NCBI GenBank assembly: GCA_022821145.1
Contig: JAJEEE010000077.1
Span: 24,795 to 88,794, forward strand
Source of the DNA: Acidobacteriota bacterium
GTDB taxonomy: Bacteria > Acidobacteriota > Terriglobia > 20CM-2-55-15
Length of the DNA stretch: 64,000 bases
Direction of reading: 5' to 3'
In this document: positions 37,752 to 48,019 of the stretch, one piece after another
How positions within the stretch are numbered: position 1 is the stretch's first letter
Layout: each line of letters begins with the position of its first letter
Position numbers and translations under genes: made by a program
Notes under the pieces: model-generated
The model's input: only the letters and a program-made list of their open reading frames with translations
Told to the model about the DNA's origin: nothing
Databases searched by the model: none

Positions 37752-38732
37752 ATGCCCAAGCCACGAATCCTGAGCGGAACCCGCCCCACCGGGCGGATGC
37801 ACCTGGGAAACTACGTCGGCGCGCTCGCCAACTGGGTCCGGCTGCAGGACGAGTACGAGAGCTTCTGCTTCGTGGCGGACTGGCACTCGCTGACGACCGC
37901 CTACGACGGACGGACGGACCTGCGCGAAAGCTCCGTTCAGGTGGCCATCGACTACCTGGCGGCGGGTCTGGATCCGGAGCGGACGACGATATTCGTCCAG
38001 TCCAGCGTTCCGGAGCACGCGGAGCTGCACCTGCTGTTCTCGATGATGACGCCGCTGGGGTGGCTCGAACGCGTGCCGTCGTACAAGGAGATGCAGGAGA
38101 ACCTGGATCGGGACATCAACACGTACGGTTTCCTGGGCTACCCGGTGCTCCAGGCCGCCGACATCCTGATCTACAAGGCCGCCGCCGTTCCCGTCGGCGA
38201 GGACCAGGTGGCGCACGTCGAGCTGGTGCGGGAAATCGCGCGGCGGTTCAACCGCTTGTACCGCACGGTGTTCCCGGAGCCTCGGTCGCTGTTGACCGAG
38301 ACGCCGAAACTGGCGGGGACCGACGGGCGGAAGATGAGCAAGAGCTACGGCAACACGATCGCGATGGGCGATCCGCCCGAAACGGTCCGTCGAGCCTTCA
38401 TGACGATGATGACCGACCCGGCCCGGAAGCGGCGGACCGACGCCGGGGATCCGGACCGCTGCCCCGTGTTCGGTTTTCACAAGGTGTTTTCGGGCCAAGA
38501 AACCGTCGCCGAGGTGGACCAGGGTTGTCGCACGGCGGGAATAGGATGTGTGGACTGCAAGAAATGGCTGTTCGAGAGCCATCAGGGAACGTTCGCACCG
38601 ATCTACGAACGGCGCGTGCAGTACGAACAGAACACGGCGCAGGTCGTCGACATCCTTCGGGACGGCGCGGCGCGAGCCCGAACGGTGGCCGGCGAGACGA
38701 TGGGCGCCGTACGAGAGGCCATGAAGATATAG
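37752..38732 (+). CDS. trpS: tryptophan--tRNA ligase
   Basis: ILSGTRPTGRMHLGNYVGAL (HIGH region) ... KMSKSYGN (KMSKS). This is the real gene inside track ORF 37275..38732. Confidence 0.9.
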   Translation: MPKPRILSGTRPTGRMHLGNYVGALANWVRLQDEYESFCFVADWHSLTTAYDGRTDLRESSVQVAIDYLAAGLDPERTTIFVQSSVPEHAELHLLFSMMTPLGWLERVPSYKEMQENLDRDINTYGFLGYPVLQAADILIYKAAAVPVGEDQVAHVELVREIARRFNRLYRTVFPEPRSLLTETPKLAGTDGRKMSKSYGNTIAMGDPPETVRRAFMTMMTDPARKRRTDAGDPDRCPVFGFHKVFSGQETVAEVDQGCRTAGIGCVDCKKWLFESHQGTFAPIYERRVQYEQNTAQVVDILRDGAARARTVAGETMGAVREAMKI

Positions 38733-38735
38733 AGC

Positions 38736-39560
38736 ATGACGCGGGAAGTCATCGAGAGCGGCGATGTCGCGACGACACCGCACCCGGACCGTGACGCCCC
38801 CGGAAACGGCTCGCTCAGAATCGCCCTCGCGCTCTACGAAGGACCACTGGACCTGCTGCTCGACCTCATCCGCAAGCAGAAACTCGACATCCACGATATC
38901 CCGATCGCCCGGGTGACGGCGCAGTATCTCGACTACCTGCGCCTGATGAAGGAACTGAACGTCAACGTCGCCTCCGATTTTCTCGTGATGGCGGCCCAGC
39001 TCATCTACATCAAGTCGCGCGCGTTGCTGCCGCCCGACCCGGACGCCGGTCCGGAAGAGGATGCGGATCCGCGCGAGGTTCTCGTCCGGAGGCTGCTGGA
39101 ATACGAGAAGTTCAGGAACGCGGCGCAGATGCTCTATCAGCGGGAGCTCGTCGAGAAGGCCGCATGGACGCGTCCCGGCACGCTCGACGTCGGCGGCAAC
39201 GCGCTCGAGCCTGAAGTGACGGCCACGCTGTTCGACATGCTGGCCGCGTTCCGCGACGTCCTGAAACGCTTCGAGGAGCGGCCGGGCTTGGATGTCGACC
39301 GCGAGGAGTTCACCGTGGAACAGATGGCGCGGTTCCTTCGCGGCGAGCTCGCCCGCGCCGAGACCGGAATCGGCTTTCGAAGGCTGATGGAGGGTTTTTC
39401 GACGCGGGGCGCGCTGATCGCGGCGTTCCTGGCGTTGCTCGAGTTGGCCCGGCTGCAGGTGCTCCACATGGAACAGCGATCCGCCTTCGACGACATTCAA
39501 CTCCGTATCCGTCCGGCGCAGACGGCGATCCATGTCCGACAACCTCTCGGCGCTGCTTGA
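38736..39560 (+). CDS. scpA: segregation and condensation protein A
   Basis: LRIALALYEGPLDLLLDLIRKQKLDIHDIPIARVTAQYLDYL is a canonical ScpA. Confidence 0.85.
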   Translation: MTREVIESGDVATTPHPDRDAPGNGSLRIALALYEGPLDLLLDLIRKQKLDIHDIPIARVTAQYLDYLRLMKELNVNVASDFLVMAAQLIYIKSRALLPPDPDAGPEEDADPREVLVRRLLEYEKFRNAAQMLYQRELVEKAAWTRPGTLDVGGNALEPEVTATLFDMLAAFRDVLKRFEERPGLDVDREEFTVEQMARFLRGELARAETGIGFRRLMEGFSTRGALIAAFLALLELARLQVLHMEQRSAFDDIQLRIRPAQTAIHVRQPLGAA

Positions 39561-40125
39561 AGCCATCGTCTATCTGTCCGACGAGCCGGTCCGGTTGGAT
39601 CAGATACGCAAGGCCCTTCCCGAAGCGGACCGCGGCGAGCTGGCCGCGGCGATGGATGCGCTGATCGCCCGTTACCGGTCCGCGGAGCACGGGATCGAGA
39701 TTCGCCACGTGGCCGACGGGTACCGCTTCGCGACCAAGCCGGAACATCACGAGGTTCTCCGGTCGTTCGCGCGGAGCCTGATCCCGCCCACGCGCCTGTC
39801 GCTGGCGGCCCTGGAAACGCTGGCGGTCATCGCCTACCGGCAACCCGTCACGATTCCGGAGATCCAGGAAATCCGAGGTCATCGGGCCGAGGGCGTGATC
39901 AAGACCCTGATCGACCGCCGGCTGGTCACCGCGGCCGGACGCAAGGACGTGATCGGACGGCCGATCCTCTACAAGACCACCCGCACGTTCCTCGTCCATT
40001 TCGGCCTGAAGAGCCTGGACGACCTGCCCAGCATGGAGGAGTTCGAGGAGATCATCCGGTCCGAGCACGCCGAGCAGGCCGAGTTGCCCCTGGAAACGGC
40101 GGACGAGGCGGCGTCCGAGGGATGA
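39532..40125 (+). CDS. scpB: segregation and condensation protein B
   Basis: LLEAIVYLSDEPVRLDQIRKAL...GYRFATKPEH...LETLAVIAYRQPVTIPEI is a canonical ScpB. Confidence 0.85.
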   Translation: MSDNLSALLEAIVYLSDEPVRLDQIRKALPEADRGELAAAMDALIARYRSAEHGIEIRHVADGYRFATKPEHHEVLRSFARSLIPPTRLSLAALETLAVIAYRQPVTIPEIQEIRGHRAEGVIKTLIDRRLVTAAGRKDVIGRPILYKTTRTFLVHFGLKSLDDLPSMEEFEEIIRSEHAEQAELPLETADEAASEG

Positions 40126-40134
40126 GGACGGACG

Positions 40135-40875
40135 ATGGAAGAACGCCTCCAGAAGATCCTGGCGCACGCGGGCGTCGCGTCCCGGCGGGCGGCCGAGAGA
40201 CTCATCGAGGAGGGCCGCATCCGGGTCAACGGGACCGTGGTTCGAGCGATGGGCGTTCGGGCCGACCCGCGCCGCGACCGGATCGACGTCGACGGGAAGC
40301 CGATCCGAGGCGTTTCGAAGCGGGCCTACGTCCTGCTGAACAAGCCGCCGAACGTAATGTCGACCCTCGACGATCCGGAAGGCCGGCCGACGGTAGCCGA
40401 CCTGCTCCGCGGGGGTCCCGCGGAGCGCCTCTACCCGGTCGGGCGGCTCGACTTCGCGTCGGAGGGCCTGCTGATACTGACCAACGACGGCGAGTTCACG
40501 CGTTTCATGACCCGGGCCGGGAACGTGCCCAAGGTCTATCGCGTCAAGGTCGCAGGGTCGCCGCCCGCCAAGGCCGTCGATCGGCTGCGGCGCGGGATCA
40601 CGCTGGATGGAATCCGGTTGGAGCGGAGCCGGATCGAGATTCTCAAACCCGGCGCCAACACCTGGTTCGAAATACAGATCCGGCAGGGCCGTAACCGTCA
40701 GATCCGGCGCATGTTCGACGCCGTGGGACACCGCGTCATGACGCTTCGGCGCGTTCGCATGGGTTTTCTCGAGGCGGACGGCCTTCGGCGCGGCGCGTGG
40801 CGGGAACTGACCCCGGGAGAGGTCGCGCGGTTCTACTCGCGTTACGGCCCGTCGGGGCTCCGGACAGGGAGCTGA
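40135..40875 (+). CDS. rluB: 23S rRNA pseudouridine synthase (RluB/RsuA family)
   Basis: N-terminal S4 domain (LQKILAHAGVASRRAAERLIEEGRIRVNG) and the catalytic VGRLDFASEGLLILTNDGEF motif. Confidence 0.85.
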   Translation: MEERLQKILAHAGVASRRAAERLIEEGRIRVNGTVVRAMGVRADPRRDRIDVDGKPIRGVSKRAYVLLNKPPNVMSTLDDPEGRPTVADLLRGGPAERLYPVGRLDFASEGLLILTNDGEFTRFMTRAGNVPKVYRVKVAGSPPAKAVDRLRRGITLDGIRLERSRIEILKPGANTWFEIQIRQGRNRQIRRMFDAVGHRVMTLRRVRMGFLEADGLRRGAWRELTPGEVARFYSRYGPSGLRTGS

Positions 40876-40882
40876 CCGGGTT

Positions 40883-41722
40883 TCACTTTCGGACCGCGCA
40901 GATGCGCCCGAGCACGAACGACCCGGATTCCCAGGCGCGCGCCAGGCAGCGGCAGCTCTCCGACCACTCCTGGAGCCCGAGGAATCCGAAATAGGTCTGG
41001 GCGTGCTCCATCCTCCACGCGTTGGGCAGGGCGTGGAGGTCGAAGTCCTCGCTCTCTTCGATCTCGAACCCCGCATCCTCGAACATGCGCGCGTACGAGG
41101 CGAGGCTCTCCAGACTCCATGCGCTCCAATGGTGGCAAATGGGCTGTATGTCGCGGATGTATTCATCGAGGGACATTCCGTCCCTGCGCATCCACGCCGA
41201 CGCGACGACACGCTTGCCGGGCTTGAGAACACGCGCGCACTCCTGGATGAACCGTTGCCGGTCCGGGAAGTACTGGGAGCTCTCGAAGCTCATGATCGCG
41301 TCCACGCTTCGAGCCGCGACCGGCCAGGGGTCCGTACAGTCGGCAACACCGAATCGCGCGTGCTCGCCGAGACCCGCGTCGCGGGTCCGGGCCGTGGCCT
41401 TCTCGATCTGGGCGGGCGTGAGGTCGAATCCGGTGACGCGGGCCCCGTATCGCCGAACGACCCATCGCGCGGCGCCCCCGACGCCGCAGCCCGCGTCGAT
41501 GACGTGATCTCCGGATCCGATCCCCGCGGGCGCGGTGACCACGTCCATCATCCTGTCGATGCCACGATAGAATTGCTCCAGGTCGACGATGAACGCCTCC
41601 CTGGACTCCGGCAGCTCGTCGAAATATCCGAAATGAATATGATTCGGATGCCACAACTGGAGGTAGAGCACCGCCCCCCCCACCTCGTAGTGGCGGATCA
41701 CTCGCGCCTGATATGACTTCAT
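40883..41722 (-). CDS. class I SAM-dependent methyltransferase
   Basis: VIDAGCGVGGAARWV (motif I) ... ARFGVADCTD ... VDAIMSFESSQYF ... LKPGKRVV. The substrate is not inferable. Confidence 0.75.
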   Translation of the reverse strand: MKSYQARVIRHYEVGGAVLYLQLWHPNHIHFGYFDELPESREAFIVDLEQFYRGIDRMMDVVTAPAGIGSGDHVIDAGCGVGGAARWVVRRYGARVTGFDLTPAQIEKATARTRDAGLGEHARFGVADCTDPWPVAARSVDAIMSFESSQYFPDRQRFIQECARVLKPGKRVVASAWMRRDGMSLDEYIRDIQPICHHWSAWSLESLASYARMFEDAGFEIEESEDFDLHALPNAWRMEHAQTYFGFLGLQEWSESCRCLARAWESGSFVLGRICAVRK

Positions 41723-41779
41723 GCGCTCCTCCAGGCGGCGGTCCGGAAGGGACGGATGCGCGAATTCATGTGCGGACGC

Positions 41780-43117
41780 TCACGGATCCGCGGTGTCTCC
41801 AGGTCCGGGCGACGGCGCCGGCGGCTTTTTCCGGCGGCGGAACGCCTCCAGACGCCGGATGATACCCGACTCTTCGCCGATATCCTTGCCCCGATAGAAA
41901 CGGCGCCCCGCCAGCGTGTCCGGAAGGCACTCCATGTCGGCGACGCCGGCGTCCAGATCGTGCGCGTACGCGTATCCCTTGCCGTAGTCCAGGGCCTTCA
42001 TCAAGCGGGTGGGCGCGTTCCGCAGATGGAGAGGCGCCGGTTCCGCTCGAGTTTCCCGCGCCGCCTCCATGGCCGACGCGTAGGCCGTGTACGCCGAGTT
42101 GGACTTGGGCGAGGCGGCGAGATAGATGACGCACTGCGCCAGCGCGACGCCGGCTTCCGGCATGCCGAGAAACCGGACCGATTCCTTCGCGTCGAGCGCC
42201 ACGCGCAGCGCGGACGGATTCGCCAGGCCGATGTCCTCGGAAGCGAACCGCACCAGGCGGCGAACGACATAGAGAGGGTCTTCGCCGGCCTCGATCATTC
42301 GGGCCACCCAGTAGAGGGCGGCGTCGGCGTCGGAGTTCCGAATGGACTTGTGAACCGCCGAGATGATGTTGTAGTGCTCCTCGCCGGTCTTGTCGTAGAG
42401 CAGGACCTTGCGCTGGACGATCTCCTCGACGCGGTCCACGCCGATCTCGGCGCCGCCTTCCGACGACCGCGCCGCGATCTCCAGGACGTTGCACGCCGTT
42501 CGCGCGTCGCCGTTCGCGATTTTCACGATAGCGGCCCGGGCCTCGTCCGATGCGCGGCATCCCTCCGTCTCGGCCGCGCGGGCGAGCAGGGTCCGGATGG
42601 CGTCGTCGGGGAGAGCTTCCAGCACGAAGACGCGCACGCGCGACAGCAGAGCGGAAATCACCTCGAACGAAGGATTCTCCGTCGTCGCGCCGACCAACGT
42701 GATGCTGCCTTTTTCGACGAACGGCAGGAACGCGTCCTGCTGCGCCTTGTTGAAACGATGGATCTCGTCGACGAACAGGATCGTCTTCCGGCCTTGCCGC
42801 CGGGCGCTTTCGGCCCGCGCCATGACGTCGCGCAGTTCCTTGATGCCGGACAGGACGGCGCTGAAGGTGAGGAATGCCGACGCCGTCGTCCGGGCGATGA
42901 TGCGAGCCAGCGTCGTCTTGCCGACGCCGGGCGGGCCCCAGAGGATCATCGACGGCACGCGGTCGTTCTCGATCGCGACCCGCAGCGCCTTGCCGGGCCC
43001 GAGCAGGTGTTCCTGGCCGACATAGCCGGAGAGCGCGTCCGGCCGGATGCGCTCCGCCAGGGGTGTGCCGCCCTCCGGCGCGGCCGGCGGCTCCGGGTCG
43101 TCGAAGAGCGATGCCAT
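41780..43117 (-). CDS. rarA: replication-associated recombination protein A (AAA+ ATPase RarA/MgsA)
   Basis: ERIRPDALSGYVGQEHLLG...MILWGPPGVGKTTLARIIA...ILFVDEIHRFNKAQQDAFLP is a canonical RarA. Confidence 0.9.
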   Translation of the reverse strand: MASLFDDPEPPAAPEGGTPLAERIRPDALSGYVGQEHLLGPGKALRVAIENDRVPSMILWGPPGVGKTTLARIIARTTASAFLTFSAVLSGIKELRDVMARAESARRQGRKTILFVDEIHRFNKAQQDAFLPFVEKGSITLVGATTENPSFEVISALLSRVRVFVLEALPDDAIRTLLARAAETEGCRASDEARAAIVKIANGDARTACNVLEIAARSSEGGAEIGVDRVEEIVQRKVLLYDKTGEEHYNIISAVHKSIRNSDADAALYWVARMIEAGEDPLYVVRRLVRFASEDIGLANPSALRVALDAKESVRFLGMPEAGVALAQCVIYLAASPKSNSAYTAYASAMEAARETRAEPAPLHLRNAPTRLMKALDYGKGYAYAHDLDAGVADMECLPDTLAGRRFYRGKDIGEESGIIRRLEAFRRRKKPPAPSPGPGDTADP

Positions 43118-43902
43118 CAGGCGCGTTGCCTCCGTCGGCGCCGGTGAGCCTCATGGAGCAGGATCGCGGCCGCGGCCGCCGCGTTCAGGGAATCCACCCG
43201 GTCGGAGTGCGGAATCCGCACGATGGCGGCGCAGGCGGCGCGGCCGGCGCCGTCCAGGCCCGCCCCCTCGTTCCCGATCAGCACGGCCGTCGGGCCCGTC
43301 CACGCTTCCGATTCGATGTCCCGCGTCCCATCCGCGGCGGCGCCGATCACTCGCACTCCAACCGCACGGGTCCATTCGACGAGTCGCGAAAGCTCCAGGT
43401 CCCAGACGTGGGGAAGCCGGAAGAGGCTGCCCGCGCTTGCACGCACCAGCTTGGCGTTGAAGCGGCCGACCGTACCGGCGGTCGCGATGCAGCCCGTGGC
43501 CCCGAATGCCTCGCCGAGCCGCACGATGGTACCCGCGTTCCCGGGGTCCTGCAACCCGCAGAGGACGATGACCAGCGCCGCCCCGGAGCCCAGCGTGTCG
43601 TCGAGTTCGAAGGCGGGAGGCCGGACCAGCGCGAGAACGCCCTGCGATTCATCGGTCGCCGAAATCGATCGGAGCACCGACTCCGTCACCGCGTACGTCC
43701 GCTCGGCGTCGGCGGGGGCGGCCGCCCCGGGCCGCGCGGCGCGATAGATCTCGGAAACCCGGAGCCCGCTCCGGCGCGCCTCCTCCAACATGCGCCGGCC
43801 TTCGATCGGGAGGCGCCCGTCGGAGGTGAGCGCCCCCGAGCGCAAGGCCTTGCGGATCTCGGCGAGCTTTCGATTGTGCTTCCCGATGGGTCGAGGGTGC
43901 AT
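43117..43902 (-). CDS. TrmH-family RNA 2'-O-methyltransferase (RlmB-like, SpoU)
   Basis: The C-terminal 261 aa of track ORF 43117..44610 reads ALVIVLCGLQDPGNAGTIVRLGEAFGA...LIGNEGAGL...IPHSDRVDSLNAAAAAAILLHE (SPOUT motifs). The stop overlaps the rarA start as TGATG. Confidence 0.8.
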   Translation of the reverse strand: MHPRPIGKHNRKLAEIRKALRSGALTSDGRLPIEGRRMLEEARRSGLRVSEIYRAARPGAAAPADAERTYAVTESVLRSISATDESQGVLALVRPPAFELDDTLGSGAALVIVLCGLQDPGNAGTIVRLGEAFGATGCIATAGTVGRFNAKLVRASAGSLFRLPHVWDLELSRLVEWTRAVGVRVIGAAADGTRDIESEAWTGPTAVLIGNEGAGLDGAGRAACAAIVRIPHSDRVDSLNAAAAAAILLHEAHRRRRRQRA

Positions 43903-43953
43903 CGCCCCATTATGCAGGGGCCGAATCCGCGCGTGAAACCGCGTTCCTGCCGT

Positions 43954-44607
43954 ATGCTTGTTTGGACGATGATTCGCATCGCCGGTGACGACGGGGCCGG
44001 CCCAGCCGCCGTCCGCGACATCATTCGAGACGGTGGCGTGGTGTGCTTTCCGACCGACACGACGTATGGACTCGCTGTCGACCCCCACGACCCCGCGGCC
44101 GTCCAGCGGCTGCTCCAGATCAAGGGCCGGCCGGAGGGCAAGCCGATTCTGCTCCTCGTCGATTCGCTCGATATGGCGGCCGAGGTGGCCTCCCCCCCGC
44201 CGGAGTTCGAAAGCCTGGCCGCGGAGTTCTGGCCGGGGCCGATCACGTTCGTCGTTCGCGCCCGGCCCGGCGTGTCCCGGCGCATCACGGCCGGCACGGG
44301 CACCGTCGGCGTCCGCTGGCCGGGGGCCGACATTCCACTGCGGTTGGTCGCGGCGTGCGGCCATCCCCTGACGGCGACCAGCGCCAATCGAAGCGGCCGG
44401 CCCGCCGCCCGGACCGCCGATGAAGCCGTGGACCAGCTCGGAGAAGACCTGGACGCCGTGGTCGATGCCGGCCGGCTCGCGGGAGCGGCCGCGTCCACGG
44501 TGCTGGACCTGGCCGCGAACCCGCCCGCGCTCCTGCGGGACGGCCCCGTATCCTATCGAGACCTGGCCCGGTTTCTGGGCGGCCGGCTCCGGAGGCGGCC
44601 GGCATGA
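43954..44607 (+). CDS. tsaC: L-threonylcarbamoyladenylate synthase (TsaC/YrdC domain)
   Basis: GGVVCFPTDTTYGLAVDPHD...LQIKGRPEGKPILLLV...VGVRWPG...LTATSANRSG is a YrdC/Sua5-domain protein. This is the real gene at the C-terminus of track ORF 43063..44607. Confidence 0.8.
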   Translation: MLVWTMIRIAGDDGAGPAAVRDIIRDGGVVCFPTDTTYGLAVDPHDPAAVQRLLQIKGRPEGKPILLLVDSLDMAAEVASPPPEFESLAAEFWPGPITFVVRARPGVSRRITAGTGTVGVRWPGADIPLRLVAACGHPLTATSANRSGRPAARTADEAVDQLGEDLDAVVDAGRLAGAAASTVLDLAANPPALLRDGPVSYRDLARFLGGRLRRRPA

Positions 44608-45212
44608 CACCCCGCCGGCTGCGGCGCGCGTTGACGGTCCTGTCGCTGGCGGCGGGGCTGTTGATCTTCTACGCGGGAGCGACGTTTCTGGAGATCCGGG
44701 AGGCCGCGGTCGACGACGAAGCCGTGATGGCCGACGTCATCATCGTGCTCGGCGCCGCGCAGTACAACGGCCGTCCCTCCCCGGTGCTGGCGGGCCGGCT
44801 CGACCACGCCCTGAACCTGTTCGAGCGAGGGCTGGCCAACGTCGTTCTGACGACCGGAGGCTACGGTCCCGATCCGAACTATTCGGAAGCGCAAGTCGGC
44901 GCCGAATACCTGAGCGGGCGCGGCATCGACCCGTCGCAGATCATCGTCCAGCAGGGAAGCGGCACGACGTCGGACACGGTACGGGACGCGGCGCGTCACA
45001 TGGACGCCAGCGGATGGAACCGCGCCGTGGTCGTCAGCGACGGGTTTCACCTGTATCGCGTGAAGGAGATCTTTCTGGATCACGGGATCGAGGTGTTCGC
45101 ATCGCCGGTGCCGGGGAGCCGAATCGAGTCCGCCGCGGCATCCCGGTTGTGGTACACCACGCGGGAGGTCATCGTGCTGTCCGCCTACCGTGTGGGCCGG
45201 CTCTGGAGATGA
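44604..45212 (+). CDS. YdcF-family protein (DUF218, ElyC/SanA-like)
   Basis: N-terminal TM anchor, then DVIIVLGAAQYNGRPSPVLAGRLDHALNLFERGLANVVLTTGG...VVVSDGFHLYR. The start overlaps the tsaC stop as ATGA. Confidence 0.75.
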   Translation: MTPRRLRRALTVLSLAAGLLIFYAGATFLEIREAAVDDEAVMADVIIVLGAAQYNGRPSPVLAGRLDHALNLFERGLANVVLTTGGYGPDPNYSEAQVGAEYLSGRGIDPSQIIVQQGSGTTSDTVRDAARHMDASGWNRAVVVSDGFHLYRVKEIFLDHGIEVFASPVPGSRIESAAASRLWYTTREVIVLSAYRVGRLWR

Positions 45213-45337
45213 CCGCGTCACCGCCGCCGTGCAGCTGCGTTCGTGCGGATGGACAACGAGCGGAGCGAGGCGTCAGACCAAGAAAATACCTCTTCAATCC
45301 GCTACCAGCGTGACACGGCCCCAGGCGACCCGGCCGC

Positions 45338-47956
45338 TCAGTCCCCCCCGGCCTTCGACTTGAGATCCGCGAGGATCTTCAGCGCGTCGAGCGGCGAGGT
45401 CCGGTCCACGTCCACCTCGTTCAGGCGGGCGCGGACCTCCGCCTCCTCGGGTGAGAACAGGGTCAGTTGGTGAACGATCATGGACTGTCTCCGCCGGGAG
45501 CGGACCGTCAGGTTGTCCGACAGCGCGTGCTCGGTTTCCTCGTGTTTCGACAGGACCTCGCGCGCCCGGTCGACGACGTCCGGAGGGATTCCGGCCAGGC
45601 GCGCCACCTCGATGCCGTAACTGCGGTCGCTGGCGCCCTCGGCGACCTTTCTCAGGAACAGGATCCGGTTGTCCGCCTCCTTGACCGTGAGGTGGAAGTT
45701 GCGGACTCCGGGGATCAGGTCCCCCAGTTCGGTCAGTTCGTGGTAGTGGGTGGCGAACAAGGTCTTGGCCCCGATCCGGGACTGGATGTGCTCGACGACG
45801 GCCCACGCGATGGCGAGCCCGTCGAACGTCGCGGTCCCACGCCCGATCTCGTCCAGGACGATCAGGCTGTCGGCCGTGGCGCTGTTGAGAATCACCGCCG
45901 TCTCGGTCATCTCGACCATGAACGTCGAACGCCCCCGCGCCAGGTTGTCCGAAGCGCCGATCCGGGTGAAGATGCGGTCCACGATCGGGATCCGGGCCCG
46001 CTCGGCCGGCACGAACGACCCCATCTGCGCCATTATCACGATCAGCGCGTTCTGGCGCAGGAACGTCGACTTTCCACCCATGTTGGGTCCGGTGATGAGG
46101 TGGACGCGGCTGTCGCCGTCGTTCATGGAAAGGTCGTTCGGCACGAAGCGCTCGGCGCGGTGCTCCTCGGCCAGGGCTTCGAGAACCGGGTGCCGGCCGG
46201 CCGCGACGATCAGCTCGCCGTCGTCGGAGACCTCCGGGCGCGAGTAGCCGAAACGCCGGGCCAGCACGGAGAAACCGGTCAGGACATCGCAATCGGCGAC
46301 AACCCCGGCCGAAGCCTTCACGCGGCCGGAAGCGCCGCGAATGCGCGAGCAGACGGACTGGAACAGGTCCTTCTCCAGCGCGACGATGCGTTCTTCCGCG
46401 GTCAGGATCTTCTCCTCGTATTCCTTCAACTCCTCGGTGACGAATCGCTCGGCGTTGGCCAGCGTCTGCCTCCGGACATAGTCGCCGGGGGCCAGGTGCA
46501 GGTTCGCCTTCGAGACCTCGATGTAGTAACCGAAGACACGGTTGAAGCGCACTTTCAGCGCCTGGATGCCCGTGCGTTCGCGTTCCCGCTTCTCCAACCC
46601 CGTCAGGTAGCCCTTGCTGTCGCGCGAGATGGAGCGAAGGCCGTCGAGGTCCGCGTCGTACCCGTCACGGATGACACCGCCGTCGTTCAGGGTGGCCGGG
46701 GGTTCGTCGTCGATGGCTCGCGTCAGGAGATCGTGCAGGTCGCCGAGCCGGTCGAGGCCGGACGAGAGGCTCCGGAATCGTTCGGACCGGAGCCGGTCCA
46801 GCGATGCGCCCAGGCCCGGAAGCCGGGCGAGGGCCGTTCTGAGCGACACCAACTCGCGCGGGCCGGCGGTTCGGATCGTCACTTTCCCCAACAGCCGTTC
46901 CATGTCCGGCAAGCCGTCGAGCCCTTGGCGCATGTCGTCCAGGACCTGCGACGAGGCGACCAGCTCGCCGACGGCGTCGTGGCGGCCGAGAATTTCGCCG
47001 CGGTCGATTGCGGGGCGTGTAAGCCACTTCCGCACCAGCCGCGCGCCCATGCCCGTCGACGTCCTGTCGATGACCGACAGCATCGTGCCCTCGCGGCCTC
47101 CGTCCATGGCCGAGGCGAACAACTCGAGGTTTCGGATCGACGAAGCGTCGAGAATCATGTAGTCCGCCGACGGGTCGCATCGCAGGCTGTTCACGTGATC
47201 GAGGCTCGAACGCTGGGTCTGCCGCGCGTAGTGGATCAGGGCCCCGGCCGCCCCGATGGCCAGATCCTGACCGGCGCAGCCGAACCCGTCCAGGCTCAGC
47301 GTCCCGAGTTGATCCCGGAGCAGTGGCGCCGCGTGGTCGGCGTCGAAGACCCACGGATCCAGTGGAGTCTCCACGCAACTCTCGATGCCGGGAGGATCGC
47401 TCCCGTCGAGCCGCGGGAACACGACTTCCTTCGGGCGGAAGTGATCGAGATCCAGTTGCAGGCGTTCCCGGCCGTCGGCCAGGTTCGACTCGAAGGCCCG
47501 GAACTCCCCGGTGGACAGATCCAGAAACGCCGCGCCCAACCGGCCGTCGCGCTCGAGAAGGCCGAGCAGGAAGTTGTTCTCTCCGGACGGGAGCACGTTC
47601 GTGTCGATCACGGTGCCGGGAGTGATCACGCGCGTCAATTCGCGGGGGACGAGCTTGACGCCTTTCCTCGGCGGTTCGGTCTGATCGCAGACCGCCACCT
47701 TGTACCCCTTCTTCAACAACCTTGCGACGTACCCGTCGGCGGAGTGGTAGGGCACGCCGCACATCGGCACGGCGTTCTGCCGCGACGTCAACGTGATTTC
47801 CAGCTCGCGCGAGGCCGTGACGGCATCCTCGTAGAACAGCTCGTAGAAATCGCCCAGTCGGAAAAACAGCAAAGCGCCGGGCGCTTCCTTCTTGATGGCC
47901 CGGTACTGGCGCATCATCGGCGTGCTCTCGATGGCTGTGCTGGAAGTCGCCGGCAT
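45338..47956 (-). CDS. mutS: DNA mismatch repair protein MutS
   Basis: MMRQYRAIKKEAPGALLFFRLGDFYELFYEDA (mismatch-binding domain) ... ITGPNMGGKSTFLRQ (Walker A) ... STFMVEMTET. The track ORF (1066 aa) is trimmed to ATG at 47956, giving 872 aa. Confidence 0.9.
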   Translation of the reverse strand: MPATSSTAIESTPMMRQYRAIKKEAPGALLFFRLGDFYELFYEDAVTASRELEITLTSRQNAVPMCGVPYHSADGYVARLLKKGYKVAVCDQTEPPRKGVKLVPRELTRVITPGTVIDTNVLPSGENNFLLGLLERDGRLGAAFLDLSTGEFRAFESNLADGRERLQLDLDHFRPKEVVFPRLDGSDPPGIESCVETPLDPWVFDADHAAPLLRDQLGTLSLDGFGCAGQDLAIGAAGALIHYARQTQRSSLDHVNSLRCDPSADYMILDASSIRNLELFASAMDGGREGTMLSVIDRTSTGMGARLVRKWLTRPAIDRGEILGRHDAVGELVASSQVLDDMRQGLDGLPDMERLLGKVTIRTAGPRELVSLRTALARLPGLGASLDRLRSERFRSLSSGLDRLGDLHDLLTRAIDDEPPATLNDGGVIRDGYDADLDGLRSISRDSKGYLTGLEKRERERTGIQALKVRFNRVFGYYIEVSKANLHLAPGDYVRRQTLANAERFVTEELKEYEEKILTAEERIVALEKDLFQSVCSRIRGASGRVKASAGVVADCDVLTGFSVLARRFGYSRPEVSDDGELIVAAGRHPVLEALAEEHRAERFVPNDLSMNDGDSRVHLITGPNMGGKSTFLRQNALIVIMAQMGSFVPAERARIPIVDRIFTRIGASDNLARGRSTFMVEMTETAVILNSATADSLIVLDEIGRGTATFDGLAIAWAVVEHIQSRIGAKTLFATHYHELTELGDLIPGVRNFHLTVKEADNRILFLRKVAEGASDRSYGIEVARLAGIPPDVVDRAREVLSKHEETEHALSDNLTVRSRRRQSMIVHQLTLFSPEEAEVRARLNEVDVDRTSPLDALKILADLKSKAGGD

Positions 47957-48019
47957 GGTCCTCGTTCGATTCGACGCCCGGGAAGAGGCTTCTATAATAC
48001 GGGGATCCGGGGACCGTGC